Below are positions 18,601-26,518 of a stretch of DNA of 26,805 nt, piece after piece. Source of the stretch: a virus (Duplodnaviria > Caudoviricetes); IMG/VR virus record IMGVR_UViG_3300048881_000663, positions 1 to 26,805 of that record; one strand, given 5' to 3'. The notes beneath the pieces are model-generated. The model searched no databases. It saw only the letters and a list, made by a program, of their open reading frames with translations, and was not told the origin of the DNA. The translations under genes were made by a program, and so were the position numbers. Each line of letters opens with the position of its first letter. Position 1 is the stretch's first letter.

Positions 18601-21201
18601 GATCAATAGTGCGGCATATACCATCATCGCAACCACAGGCACAGCCATAGCAAGGGCAGTCAATCCCTTTATCAGCATACCGAAAGGAACCAATGACAGA
18701 ACCAAAGCGACAACCACCAACCCAAGAGCGAAGATCGCCATAACTGGGATGAATGATAGGGCCATAAGAGCCATGATCAAAGCAGCCTTCAAAATAGTAC
18801 CAACCTTGATTGACGCGATTTCCTCTGCGAACGATTTAAGCCCCGAAGCCATACTCTTCATTCCTGTCTTGAATGACTCGCCCATCTTCTTTCCGGCCTT
18901 ACCGCCCTTCTCTGCTTTCTTAGCAGATTTCTCCATGCCGCCCGTCATTAGATCTGTCAGCTTCTTTACAACGACCTGAAATAGAGCGGCCTTCGCGGCA
19001 GAGATGGCACCTATGATTAACATTTTTAGAAATACAAAGCTGGCCAATGCGGCGCCGACCATGATGATCTTTCCACCGTGCTTTACAAACACAGCAGCTA
19101 AAAGATCTAATATCGCGCTTAGTAACACAGGCACGGCAGCTAGTAAAGCTTTACCGATGCTCATCACAGCTTCCATGATCGCGCCACCAATTCCTTGTGA
19201 CGCAGCGCCTGCTAGATCGGGTGGATTTCGAACAGCATCAGCAAGTCCCTTTATCATGTCAGAAAGTTTTTCAACCACCCATGGAATCAATCCTGAAATA
19301 ATCGCTCCGAGCATCTTGATACCCTTCGCGAAGGCATCGCCAAGCTTCTTAAAGGCTGGACCTTTTGCACTAAAGAATTTACTAAATTCCTTGCCCATGT
19401 CTTCAGCCATATTCTGCGGACTATAATTTCCTTTTCCTGTTAACGCGTCCTTGAATTTCTTGAAGATACCAAGAAGACCGGTACCTGTCAGTCCACCCTT
19501 CTCATCGATACCCATGAGGTTACGAAGATCCTTGGGGTCGAACAGGTCCTTAATACCGTCCCACACTCCCATCTCTCCCATGAGGTCTGCAAACATCTTA
19601 CCGACTTGCTTACCAAATTGGAACACAATCTTCAGGGCAGCTCTAATTGATTTAAGGACTTCCTGGAATGCCTTTGACTGCTTGAGTCCCTTCATGAAGC
19701 CTTTCGCGAATGCATCAAAGAAACCAGTCAGTCCGCCGCCGCCGCCTTCGGTCATCTTCTCAATCGAGTCAGCAAGTTTCGACATTGCTTCTTCTTGAGT
19801 CAATGCCTGCTCTTCAGCTTCTTCAGCGCCGGCTTCCATGTCTTCGTAGGAGACACCTTGGTTTTCTGCGGCGAGAGCATTCTCCATCGCAGTCACTGAC
19901 AGACCCATCTGCTCGGCCATTAACGCTTTTTCTTGTCGCGTTAGATCATCAACTGATTTTCCAGTCTCATGGAACGCATCGCGCATCATATCAATTCGTT
20001 CAGCTGGGTTTTCTGCGTTCATCATCTCCATCGTGTCAAGCTGCATTCCCATCGATTGGTTCAGCATAGACACCGACTCAGCAGCACCTTCGAAGTCATC
20101 GAACTTATCAACGACACCAAGGAGGTCTGACGCCTCAAGTCCCAGTTTGGCCATGTACGCCGCAGTTGCACCAAGTTGCTTCGTGCTCATCTTACCAAGC
20201 TTCTCAAAGTTCTCGGTAAGGTCAGACATGTTCTTACCCATCGTCTTCGCGGATATGCCGAACTTGTCTCCCATCTGAATAGCCATCGAAGCTGTAGCAG
20301 TAAGCATATCGCCTACATCTTGCCCTGAATTCTGAGCCTGCCTGGTCATTTCAACAAGGGCAGCATTCGTCATACCCAGACCCTTGTTCATCATCAACAT
20401 TTGGCCGGCGTTTTCAGCAATCGACTCACTTAACATGTGGAACGATGAGCCGGCTTCTTCTGCTAGCTCTGCTACGTCTTTGAGCGCAGCTGCCATACCA
20501 GCGCTTCCACGGCCGTAGATGTCTGCTACACTTAACCCGGTCTGAGCAAGGGCACCACCGGCTTCTGTGAGGTTGTTGAAGCCGTCCATGACGGCCTTAC
20601 CCTCCCCAGTCGCGAGGTCACCGAAGGTCCCCTTCAGCTCCTCCATGGCTTTCTTCATTTCATTGACACCGCCACCACCTGAGGAGGCCATGCCCACTAA
20701 TCCACTGAACATCTTGAATGGAATTGAGGCGATTGACGCACCAATGTTCATCATCCCGCTGGCGACAGACGTAGCAACGCCACCGAGCATTTGGAGTGTG
20801 GCCATTCCGCTCTTGAAGCCCTTGACCATTCCAGAAGCTGCTCCAGCAGCTGCGGCGTCTAATGCAGTGACTGATTCAGTGGCAGACTTAAACTTTTCAG
20901 CCAGGCCGCCGGATTTCTTCGCGGCTTCTTCGGAGGCAGCACCAACATTTTTCTGAGATTCGGATAGTACGCCAGCGTTTTTCGCGGCTTCGCTTAACCC
21001 AGAATTAATCTCTTCTAGCCGAGAGGCCATGCCCTCAAGGTCTTTACACTCTAGTGCTTTACAAAGCTCTGCAGCAATCTGGACCTGGCCCGACAGTTGC
21101 TTCGCTTGCGCGTCGAGCATACCAGCACGATCAGCCAAGACCTTATTGATCTGTTGCTGAATTTGTAAATTATTTGCAGCTTCTTTAGAGTCGCCAGCCA
21201 T
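15646..21201 (-). CDS. Tape measure protein
   Basis: 1851 aa, Ala/Gly/Met-rich and helical, downstream of the tube and chaperone genes; KFDDFEGAAESVSMLN...RQEKALMAEQMGLSV segment; internal repeats. Confidence 0.88.
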   Translation of the reverse strand: MAGDSKEAANNLQIQQQINKVLADRAGMLDAQAKQLSGQVQIAAELCKALECKDLEGMASRLEEINSGLSEAAKNAGVLSESQKNVGAASEEAAKKSGGLAEKFKSATESVTALDAAAAGAASGMVKGFKSGMATLQMLGGVATSVASGMMNIGASIASIPFKMFSGLVGMASSGGGGVNEMKKAMEELKGTFGDLATGEGKAVMDGFNNLTEAGGALAQTGLSVADIYGRGSAGMAAALKDVAELAEEAGSSFHMLSESIAENAGQMLMMNKGLGMTNAALVEMTRQAQNSGQDVGDMLTATASMAIQMGDKFGISAKTMGKNMSDLTENFEKLGKMSTKQLGATAAYMAKLGLEASDLLGVVDKFDDFEGAAESVSMLNQSMGMQLDTMEMMNAENPAERIDMMRDAFHETGKSVDDLTRQEKALMAEQMGLSVTAMENALAAENQGVSYEDMEAGAEEAEEQALTQEEAMSKLADSIEKMTEGGGGGLTGFFDAFAKGFMKGLKQSKAFQEVLKSIRAALKIVFQFGKQVGKMFADLMGEMGVWDGIKDLFDPKDLRNLMGIDEKGGLTGTGLLGIFKKFKDALTGKGNYSPQNMAEDMGKEFSKFFSAKGPAFKKLGDAFAKGIKMLGAIISGLIPWVVEKLSDMIKGLADAVRNPPDLAGAASQGIGGAIMEAVMSIGKALLAAVPVLLSAILDLLAAVFVKHGGKIIMVGAALASFVFLKMLIIGAISAAKAALFQVVVKKLTDLMTGGMEKSAKKAEKGGKAGKKMGESFKTGMKSMASGLKSFAEEIASIKVGTILKAALIMALMALSFIPVMAIFALGLVVVALVLSLVPFGMLIKGLTALAMAVPVVAMMVYAALLIQPAMIVPALIGLLAGALLLTVGGVVFTMAMGVIGMAVGAVGVGTIMMAAVGLAALAVGSVAVALAIVPFAILGALYPLAILASIGLIAGAYMLAIGGVAFTEAMGEIGKAVQTVGVATIGAAAVGLIVLAIGAVAAALAAAAFSYGIPFFIVGTLGAALGGAFLAIGGVAFIIGVALFSDVASGLDMGSVAKSMIALVLLAGASVLVAAILSYGLAYFAVGIAGALVGALFFLALAKAMMPQIVKMKEAAPKDMMGAASDMAQLALLMGAAVITAMITAYGVVAFAIGTVAALIATLFFKVLGEHTFPALDDMQKAAPKDMPKAVQIMAELLVLMALATLTAFVMSYGVAAYLVGTLGAYAAIPFFNALTTFYPALEEFANAVNLKTLEKGAQAAAMLAIVMVAAALMGVVSLVMIIFANPIVAWLAKKGMQAAGSLLEAVVEYLGPSIAALATMKIKNPAGLEAIVSALSQIMAALGQNVDIVAKLALLQAFGSSSGNESSILKDAESFMTAMFDGMSGLLNTLKRMVASMKEEDIKKMEAIGGVLAAIGKLMQALQPPPGLMEGISDLASGGLFSSGDAKGASDLLKQYGEMMKTILMAVKDNIPPMLEEIMKIDVGDDPELAKTKAEVIGAALGGIAKVVEAIGGIVGLFMEQNQSEQSGIFSSEGPSMADTLKEMKPVFEYVFTAIKDNIPAIMGAVMSVDIGDDPEAAKQKIEIIGAAMGAVADFAGAIGTVAELMPAEGGSFFKKGKTMSERLNEMMEIVRKVVNAVKAHIGPLVASVLEIPIKGDPETQLKKLEVIGKAMSIVGDFANVVGQLQEMGTDSLLGLASTIQIAVMSITAAMPWFGVLFTALGGFEGDEALLEKLNIAKSSVESLTSFATAMNEATATMGEGGMPLGEAVAQLVGEAKFALEQLNSIGEVNAEVALDNFASAIGTGGGEFTISNEPITISLNVSVTMDANKVGRVLVDKSVMSTPLAAAE

Positions 21202-21274
21202 CGATTAAACCACCCTGCTTACCGTTGCATTCTATAAGTATGGTAAACAGAAATCCGCACACAATAAATTGGTG

Positions 21275-21523
21275 CTAGAAAGGCCACACAAACCCCGTCC
21301 TCTCCCGTAAGCGACTAGTGGCCTGCTTCTTTGACTCTAAGATTGGAATGATATGAGACATGTCTGTCTTCTTTTGCAGCGCAACGTATAAAGCTCTGGA
21401 CTCTCTTAACGCTTCAACGAATAACTTGATCGTACGCTTAGATCCGTTAAGCTTTATTTCATTAATTTCACCACGGATATATCTTGCGCTATCTTTCAGA
21501 AATTGTCGTTTGGCTTGTTTCAT
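21275..21523 (-). CDS. Small basic hypothetical protein
   Basis: 82 aa; GAGGTGGAG SD; ends GFVWPF. Confidence 0.75.
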   Translation of the reverse strand: MKQAKRQFLKDSARYIRGEINEIKLNGSKRTIKLFVEALRESRALYVALQKKTDMSHIIPILESKKQATSRLRERTGFVWPF

Positions 21524-21541
21524 TCTCCACCTCTACAATAA

Positions 21542-21799
21542 CTATGTAAATCTACGCAATTTTGCAGGAACTTGTGAGCGATACCGCCCCATCATTGCTC
21601 GAGCATCTGGGGAATTCTGATGAGCTGCATGAGAAGGCTGTTTGCCGTTAGCCTTCTTTATCTCGTCGTTTAGTCGCCTTATGAACCAATGCCGCATCCA
21701 GATTGGAACATTATACCCTTCGTAATACGAAAAGCCCATATAGTACATGAGCAAAAATATCTGTTCAAGATATATTTCTTTCGTACTATTCGTCAGGCC
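21542..21799 (-). CDS. Tail/hub assembly chaperone second ORF (gpT / T4 gp51-like), probably reached by frameshift
   Basis: Frame is open from the U7 run: GLTNSTKEIYLEQIFLLMYYMGFSYYEGYNVPIWMRHWFIRRL...; no SD before its TTG or ATG. Confidence 0.65.
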   Translation of the reverse strand, partial: GLTNSTKEIYLEQIFLLMYYMGFSYYEGYNVPIWMRHWFIRRLNDEIKKANGKQPSHAAHQNSPDARAMMGRYRSQVPAKLRRFT

Positions 21800-22652
21800 A
21801 AAAAAACGCCGCCCCCAGGGGCAGTCTAACCTCCGAGTGCTCCAAGCAAGAGGGACAATCCATCCAGGATTTCATCTCAATGCCTGGCTCGTTTTTGTCG
21901 ATGTGCTTGCGGAGAAAAAGCGAATCTCTTGCCGGGAGACTCGATACGAACATATCCAGCTTTGTTCTATCATTCACGCCATTTACAGAAACAATAGAAT
22001 ATCTCAATCGTGAGGTAATTAGATTTTCAGTCCGTTGTCCCTGCTTCTTTCGGCGTTCATTTGTTGTCATAATATCTTGTTCATCGGTCCCTGTCAAAAG
22101 CTTATATCTACACTTGACCTTGGTGACCGGAAGCTTGACCTCAAAAATATTGGTTCCCAGCGAAATAGGGTCAATTTCCAACCTCTTAATTGGTAATTCT
22201 CCAAGGTTAAACGATTGCTTGGAACGCTCGCTACATGCGGGACAGTCTACTTCTACGTTGTAACCTGCGCCGTAACCGGTCACTCGTAGGGCAACCATCA
22301 AAGCATTTCGATCGCCGGCCAACATAGTATCGGGATTAACTCGCTTGTCTATCATACATGATTTCAGAAGATGACTAATGACTGTCCCCTTCTTAATAAG
22401 TGCTTTTGAAGTAAGAATATCTTCTTCACGAGCAGTCATCGCTCTTATTTCGATTGTATGCTTGCCATGGAGTGGATGTTCAACATCATAACACTTTCCT
22501 CCTGATGGAAGAGGTACAACCTCAACAGGGATCTCAAACCCAAAATCATCCTTCATTACATTTCTTGAGGGCATCGAAGCCTTCATTGAGCCGAAAATTT
22601 CGCTTCTTTCAGTGGGCCCGCCGCCTTCGCCGCCGCCTTGTTCAGTTGACAT
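21786..22652 (-). CDS. Tail assembly chaperone / baseplate hub assembly protein (T4 gp26-like)
   Basis: VPLPSGGKCY, IEIRAMTAREEDIL, GDRNALMVALRVTGYG; two CxxC motifs (CPAC, CPSC); ends FFWPDE; lies between the tube and TMP genes; GAGG SD. Confidence 0.8.
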   Translation of the reverse strand: MSTEQGGGEGGGPTERSEIFGSMKASMPSRNVMKDDFGFEIPVEVVPLPSGGKCYDVEHPLHGKHTIEIRAMTAREEDILTSKALIKKGTVISHLLKSCMIDKRVNPDTMLAGDRNALMVALRVTGYGAGYNVEVDCPACSERSKQSFNLGELPIKRLEIDPISLGTNIFEVKLPVTKVKCRYKLLTGTDEQDIMTTNERRKKQGQRTENLITSRLRYSIVSVNGVNDRTKLDMFVSSLPARDSLFLRKHIDKNEPGIEMKSWMDCPSCLEHSEVRLPLGAAFFWPDE

Positions 22653-22684
22653 ACATTCACCTCATGCTTAACAACGTTATGAAT

Positions 22685-22712
22685 ATCTTAAACTGATGAA
22701 ATATGGTGTAAA
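22685..22712 (-). promoter_or_regulatory. Putative promoter (TTTACA-N16-TAAGAT) before the chaperone gene
   Basis: Immediately downstream of a terminator; same geometry as the other sites. Confidence 0.45.
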
Positions 22713-22723
22713 ACAAAGACAAC

Positions 22724-22750
22724 AAAAAAGAGCGTGTAAACACGCTCTTT
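22724..22750 (-). terminator. Rho-independent terminator after the tail tube gene
   Basis: AAAGAGCGTG-TTTA-CACGCTCTTTTTT perfect inverted repeat with a T tract. Confidence 0.85.
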
Positions 22751-22774
22751 ATGATGTGAGATAATTTCAAGTGA

Positions 22775-23263
22775 TCAATATTGAAGCACGCAGTTATCAA
22801 AACGAATCGACAGTGAAATCTCTGCTGGGTCTTCCGAACCGTAGTCCAAATCACCGAAAGCAGCAGAAGTTAGGAAACATCCTTTCATATCCCAGAGCTC
22901 CACTACGGTTCCAACAGGATCCAATAGCTTCAGCTGGCAATCGCGCTTATAGAAATCAGCATAGCCGCCGCGACCTGAAACAGACTCGTAGTGGGTACGT
23001 ACCCATTCCATAACCTGTTGTGCACCAGAAGGAGCGATCGGATCGTGAAGCGTGACTGATAAAGCGTCGAACTTGGTCTTACCTGCAATAAAGCGGGTAG
23101 AGTTAATAAATGGAATTTCAACCTCAGCGGTATTCATTGTGGGCCGAGCAGCCGTCTTGATCAAAAATGCGTCAATACCTTCTATCGCGAATACCCATCT
23201 GAACTTTCTTTTCGGCTCAAACTTATTCGGCAACATGTCGGTAACTGATAGTGTTTCTGGCAT
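22775..23263 (-). CDS. Tail tube protein (gp19-like fold)
   Basis: 162 aa directly after the sheath; FEPKRKFRW...IKTAARP...VTLHDPIAPSGAQQVMEW...YKRD..LKLLDPVGTVVELW...ISLSIRFD; AAGGAG SD. Confidence 0.9.
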   Translation of the reverse strand: MPETLSVTDMLPNKFEPKRKFRWVFAIEGIDAFLIKTAARPTMNTAEVEIPFINSTRFIAGKTKFDALSVTLHDPIAPSGAQQVMEWVRTHYESVSGRGGYADFYKRDCQLKLLDPVGTVVELWDMKGCFLTSAAFGDLDYGSEDPAEISLSIRFDNCVLQY

Positions 23264-23287
23264 TTTGTGTTACTCCTTGTTCTTATC

Positions 23288-23295
23288 TAACTATA
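23288..23295 (-). promoter_or_regulatory. Putative late promoter TATAGTTA (tube gene)
   Basis: Identical to the site before the sheath gene at 26511-26518. Confidence 0.55.
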
Positions 23296-23306
23296 TAGTT
23301 CTTAAT

Positions 23307-26300
23307 TTAAATGTCCATGCCGGCGTTAGTTACCACGAAATCTAGTGATATAAACTCGACCGAACGGGTGGGCTGGAGGAATATCTTTCCTCTAACTGTA
23401 TTATTCTCAATGTCAGCCTGGGTAGTAGTAGTTGCATCAATCTGTACCTTGAATCTATCAAGTCCCTGCTGTTGCTGAATTCTACCAAGAATCGGATTTA
23501 CCGCTGCGGAAAATCTTGCAAGCGTTGCTTCCCGGTTGGGCTCAAAGAGGAAGGTATCTCCCACCTTTCTAACCTGACGTCGAATATCGATTAATAGTCT
23601 ACGTACATTGACTCGATCGAGCGCACTTTGTGCGGCAAGAAGAGTCTTCTGGCCAAAGACCACGACTTCCTTAGACTGCGGGAATGAGGTGATTGGATTA
23701 ATGTCTGCATCATACAGCGCATCAAGATTTGCTCTATTCAGCTTAACGTTGACTTCCGAAACATTTTTCAAAGCGCCGCGAGTGAAGCCGGCGGGGGCGA
23801 ACCAGGGATAAGCGATCTTATCATTCAGTCCAAATGCTCCCAAAACGGCCACACTGGGTGGTGCGACAACGTTCTGACCTGTTGCAACTTCGCGCATAAT
23901 AACATCGGGGAAGTATGCGGCAGCGAAAGAAGAGTCTAGATTTCGACTTGTGAAGTCGGAGACCGTGTTGGTTACACTGACAATCTCCGAAGAGCCCGTC
24001 ACAACATTTCCAAGATTGTCTGTCGTCTCAATGTCCATGACATAAAGCGCATCAAACCGATCCTCGACAGTAGTGATTGCATAATCAGTGACTGAAGAGT
24101 GCCGGATTCCTGGAATCGCCAACAGTTGAATATTTACGTCAGCTCGCTCCTCGAGGATATCGAGGGCTTTTCTATAACCGGCGACGGTAGGTCCGTTCGT
24201 CTCTCCTTGATCCGCGTCATCCATCTCTCTCTTGCATGCAGTGCTGGTCATTTCGAACTTATTTCTGTCCAAGATATTAAGACCATCATAGCCGCCCTGC
24301 GTAATAAAGGTAAACTTAAGGAACCTTCTAGCAGATGAGAGACCAAAGTCTTTTTCCACACTCAAGAGCCGCGTTTCATCGGCAGCTGTTGTTTTCGCAG
24401 TACCATCAATGTCAAGCATCGAACTAACTGCCACACCTTTTCTTCTATATGTTGCTGCTGCCCACTGATTCGCGTCAGCTTTATCAGAGGTACTAACAAT
24501 AACCTGGATATTCTCTAAAGAGAATTTGTTGTTATCAAATCTGTCGCAATCTAGTACTGTTCCGCCGTCGCCATCTGACACTCCAACATTGGCACCAACC
24601 ATTGCTGCCTGCTGATCTTGCCGGAAGTTCGGGAAATATGTTCCCCAATGCTTCATCGAAGAATCAAAAACAGTGCTCTTGTTCGGCTCTTTGGAATTGT
24701 CTTTCTTTTCGAATTGAACACCCCAGTAGAGCTGACCAGCTACCTTCTTCTTGGGAGATTGCCCCCGGGCAACTGTTGACCGGAATGGAATGGGTGGCTG
24801 AACAATCCCAAGACTGGGCCACATGGGTCCAGAATCAATTCCGGAAGTTAGGTTAATGTCATCAATTCCAGAAAACATAACTCCGAAATCAGAGCTTGCG
24901 GCCTTGAAGATATTAGAGCCTGATGTCACCAAGTGCTCAACACCCCGGAAGCCGCAAGGAAGTGCATCGGCGGGTATTTCACCCTTGTCTAATGCATCCG
25001 TTGGAGACACGCGGACATAATTTGAGCGATTAGGATATGATCCTTCAACTACAAGCTTTTGGGAACCGGCTCTCTTATCAAAATCATAGAAGAGATAATA
25101 GTCGCCAATAACTCTAGAGATGTATCTTTCATCCAGCGGGTTCAGCGAAAGCTTAGGGAATTTCTCTATAACAACTGGTAAATCATCAGTGTCATTATAG
25201 TCTCTAACTAAAAGATCGAAAGTAGAATACTTGTTATTAACGTTTGTCGACTTAACAATATTCTCAATTGATATCTTCACTCGGGCATTCCCGATTGTAC
25301 CATCATCTAAGCAGTAGATAGTAAATAAATCCTTGGGTGCGCCACCGTATGCTTGTGAGACAACGGTAGGAGCTTTTGCTGTTCTAAATCGATCATTGAA
25401 CCCCTCGAAGTCAGGAATTGTCGAGCTTCCTGCATTTCTACCGAGCGATGATGTAACAAGGAACGCAATGTCCTCATACTTTATAGCTTTACCACCAACA
25501 ATGCCATCAACAGTGGGATCATAAGTGGGTTTCATTAGAAGGGAACCGGTGGGTACTGCGAACTGAGAATAAACTGGCCAATGAGCGTATAGATAGTGAC
25601 CGGCCTTCTGAGACTCTAGCGGGTCGGTATTCAAGACATTTCCAAAATAATTTGGTGCAGAAGGATCAAATGAGGCCGTTATGACGGTGGGATATGAGTC
25701 ATTATGAGTATGACCATTCAGTAACAGTACAAACTCTTGTTTTCCACCTGCAATATCAACAGCACCGATTGTGGACCCAGCGGCAAAGAGTGTTGAATCA
25801 CTACCGGTTAATGCTCCGGCGGTAGGCGGTGCGGCCAGGTCTTTTGCTGTTGGTGCGCCAAGGGGAAGATTTATTCCAGAAAAACTTCCGCCACCGTGGA
25901 AAGAATCAATTTTTCCACGAGAAGCGCTTAAGGCTGGTAGAACACCTGATGCCGCAAGAATAACTCCGCGGAGAATAGGCTGGACATTCTGTAGGCCGGC
26001 CTCTGTAAGATAAGTTGGATCACCGGACGTAATGTTACTTCCTGACATACAGACGGCCAGAAAGTGCGCTCTACCCAGGGGTCCAGGGTTAGTGCCGTCG
26101 CGGGTGCCAGCATACGCATTGGCCCCGAGAAGCCCATTACCTTTCGGTAATTCCTGGCCCACAATGAATCCAGCATTTGTCACTGTTCCACTTGAGTTTC
26201 GTTTCTTTCCATCACCACAGCCCAACACACGCAGGTATGTTGCGGCCTGTGCGTAACTTAGCCACTGCCTCATCGCCATGGGACCGAATTTCGTTCCATC

Positions 26301-26483
26301 GGTCTGTCCAAACTCTGCAATGAAATCAGCGAATGTAGCCATTGTTATAGGAACGAAAGCTCGCCCTTGGTCTGCTGTTCCAATAACTCCAGCTGGTACT
26401 CCGGAAGGGCCCGACACTGTTGGACCAGAAAGGTCTATCTCTTTGGTGGAAACGCCCGGGCTCTTAAATGTAAGTTCAGCCAT
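23307..26483 (-). CDS. Tail sheath protein (1058 aa)
   Basis: N-terminal FKSPGVSTKEIDLS; C-terminal PWFAPAGFTRG, LYDADINPI, VFGQKTL...SALDRVNVRRLL, LFEPN, LQPTRSVEFISLDFVV. Confidence 0.95.
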   Translation of the reverse strand: MAELTFKSPGVSTKEIDLSGPTVSGPSGVPAGVIGTADQGRAFVPITMATFADFIAEFGQTDGTKFGPMAMRQWLSYAQAATYLRVLGCGDGKKRNSSGTVTNAGFIVGQELPKGNGLLGANAYAGTRDGTNPGPLGRAHFLAVCMSGSNITSGDPTYLTEAGLQNVQPILRGVILAASGVLPALSASRGKIDSFHGGGSFSGINLPLGAPTAKDLAAPPTAGALTGSDSTLFAAGSTIGAVDIAGGKQEFVLLLNGHTHNDSYPTVITASFDPSAPNYFGNVLNTDPLESQKAGHYLYAHWPVYSQFAVPTGSLLMKPTYDPTVDGIVGGKAIKYEDIAFLVTSSLGRNAGSSTIPDFEGFNDRFRTAKAPTVVSQAYGGAPKDLFTIYCLDDGTIGNARVKISIENIVKSTNVNNKYSTFDLLVRDYNDTDDLPVVIEKFPKLSLNPLDERYISRVIGDYYLFYDFDKRAGSQKLVVEGSYPNRSNYVRVSPTDALDKGEIPADALPCGFRGVEHLVTSGSNIFKAASSDFGVMFSGIDDINLTSGIDSGPMWPSLGIVQPPIPFRSTVARGQSPKKKVAGQLYWGVQFEKKDNSKEPNKSTVFDSSMKHWGTYFPNFRQDQQAAMVGANVGVSDGDGGTVLDCDRFDNNKFSLENIQVIVSTSDKADANQWAAATYRRKGVAVSSMLDIDGTAKTTAADETRLLSVEKDFGLSSARRFLKFTFITQGGYDGLNILDRNKFEMTSTACKREMDDADQGETNGPTVAGYRKALDILEERADVNIQLLAIPGIRHSSVTDYAITTVEDRFDALYVMDIETTDNLGNVVTGSSEIVSVTNTVSDFTSRNLDSSFAAAYFPDVIMREVATGQNVVAPPSVAVLGAFGLNDKIAYPWFAPAGFTRGALKNVSEVNVKLNRANLDALYDADINPITSFPQSKEVVVFGQKTLLAAQSALDRVNVRRLLIDIRRQVRKVGDTFLFEPNREATLARFSAAVNPILGRIQQQQGLDRFKVQIDATTTTQADIENNTVRGKIFLQPTRSVEFISLDFVVTNAGMDI

Positions 26484-26510
26484 TTGAAATAATCTCCTGT
26501 ATTCTTTTCT

Positions 26511-26518
26511 TAACTATA
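26511..26518 (-). promoter_or_regulatory. Putative late promoter TATAGTTA (sheath gene)
   Basis: Intergenic, upstream of an AGGAG SD; recurs before other structural genes. Confidence 0.55.

Noticed and set aside
16273-20956. Many plus-strand ORFs of 70-190 aa
   Set aside because: They are antisense shadows of the Ala/Gly/Met-rich tape measure gene with no recognisable motifs. The same applies to the other plus-strand ORFs in the track.
22657-22854. 65-aa minus-strand ORF overlapping the tube gene end
   Set aside because: It is out of frame within the tube gene and runs through the terminator.
23289-23300. 12-bp palindrome AACTATATAGTT as an operator
   Set aside because: It is AT-rich, I noticed no second copy, and it is largely explained by the overlapping late-promoter-like motif.
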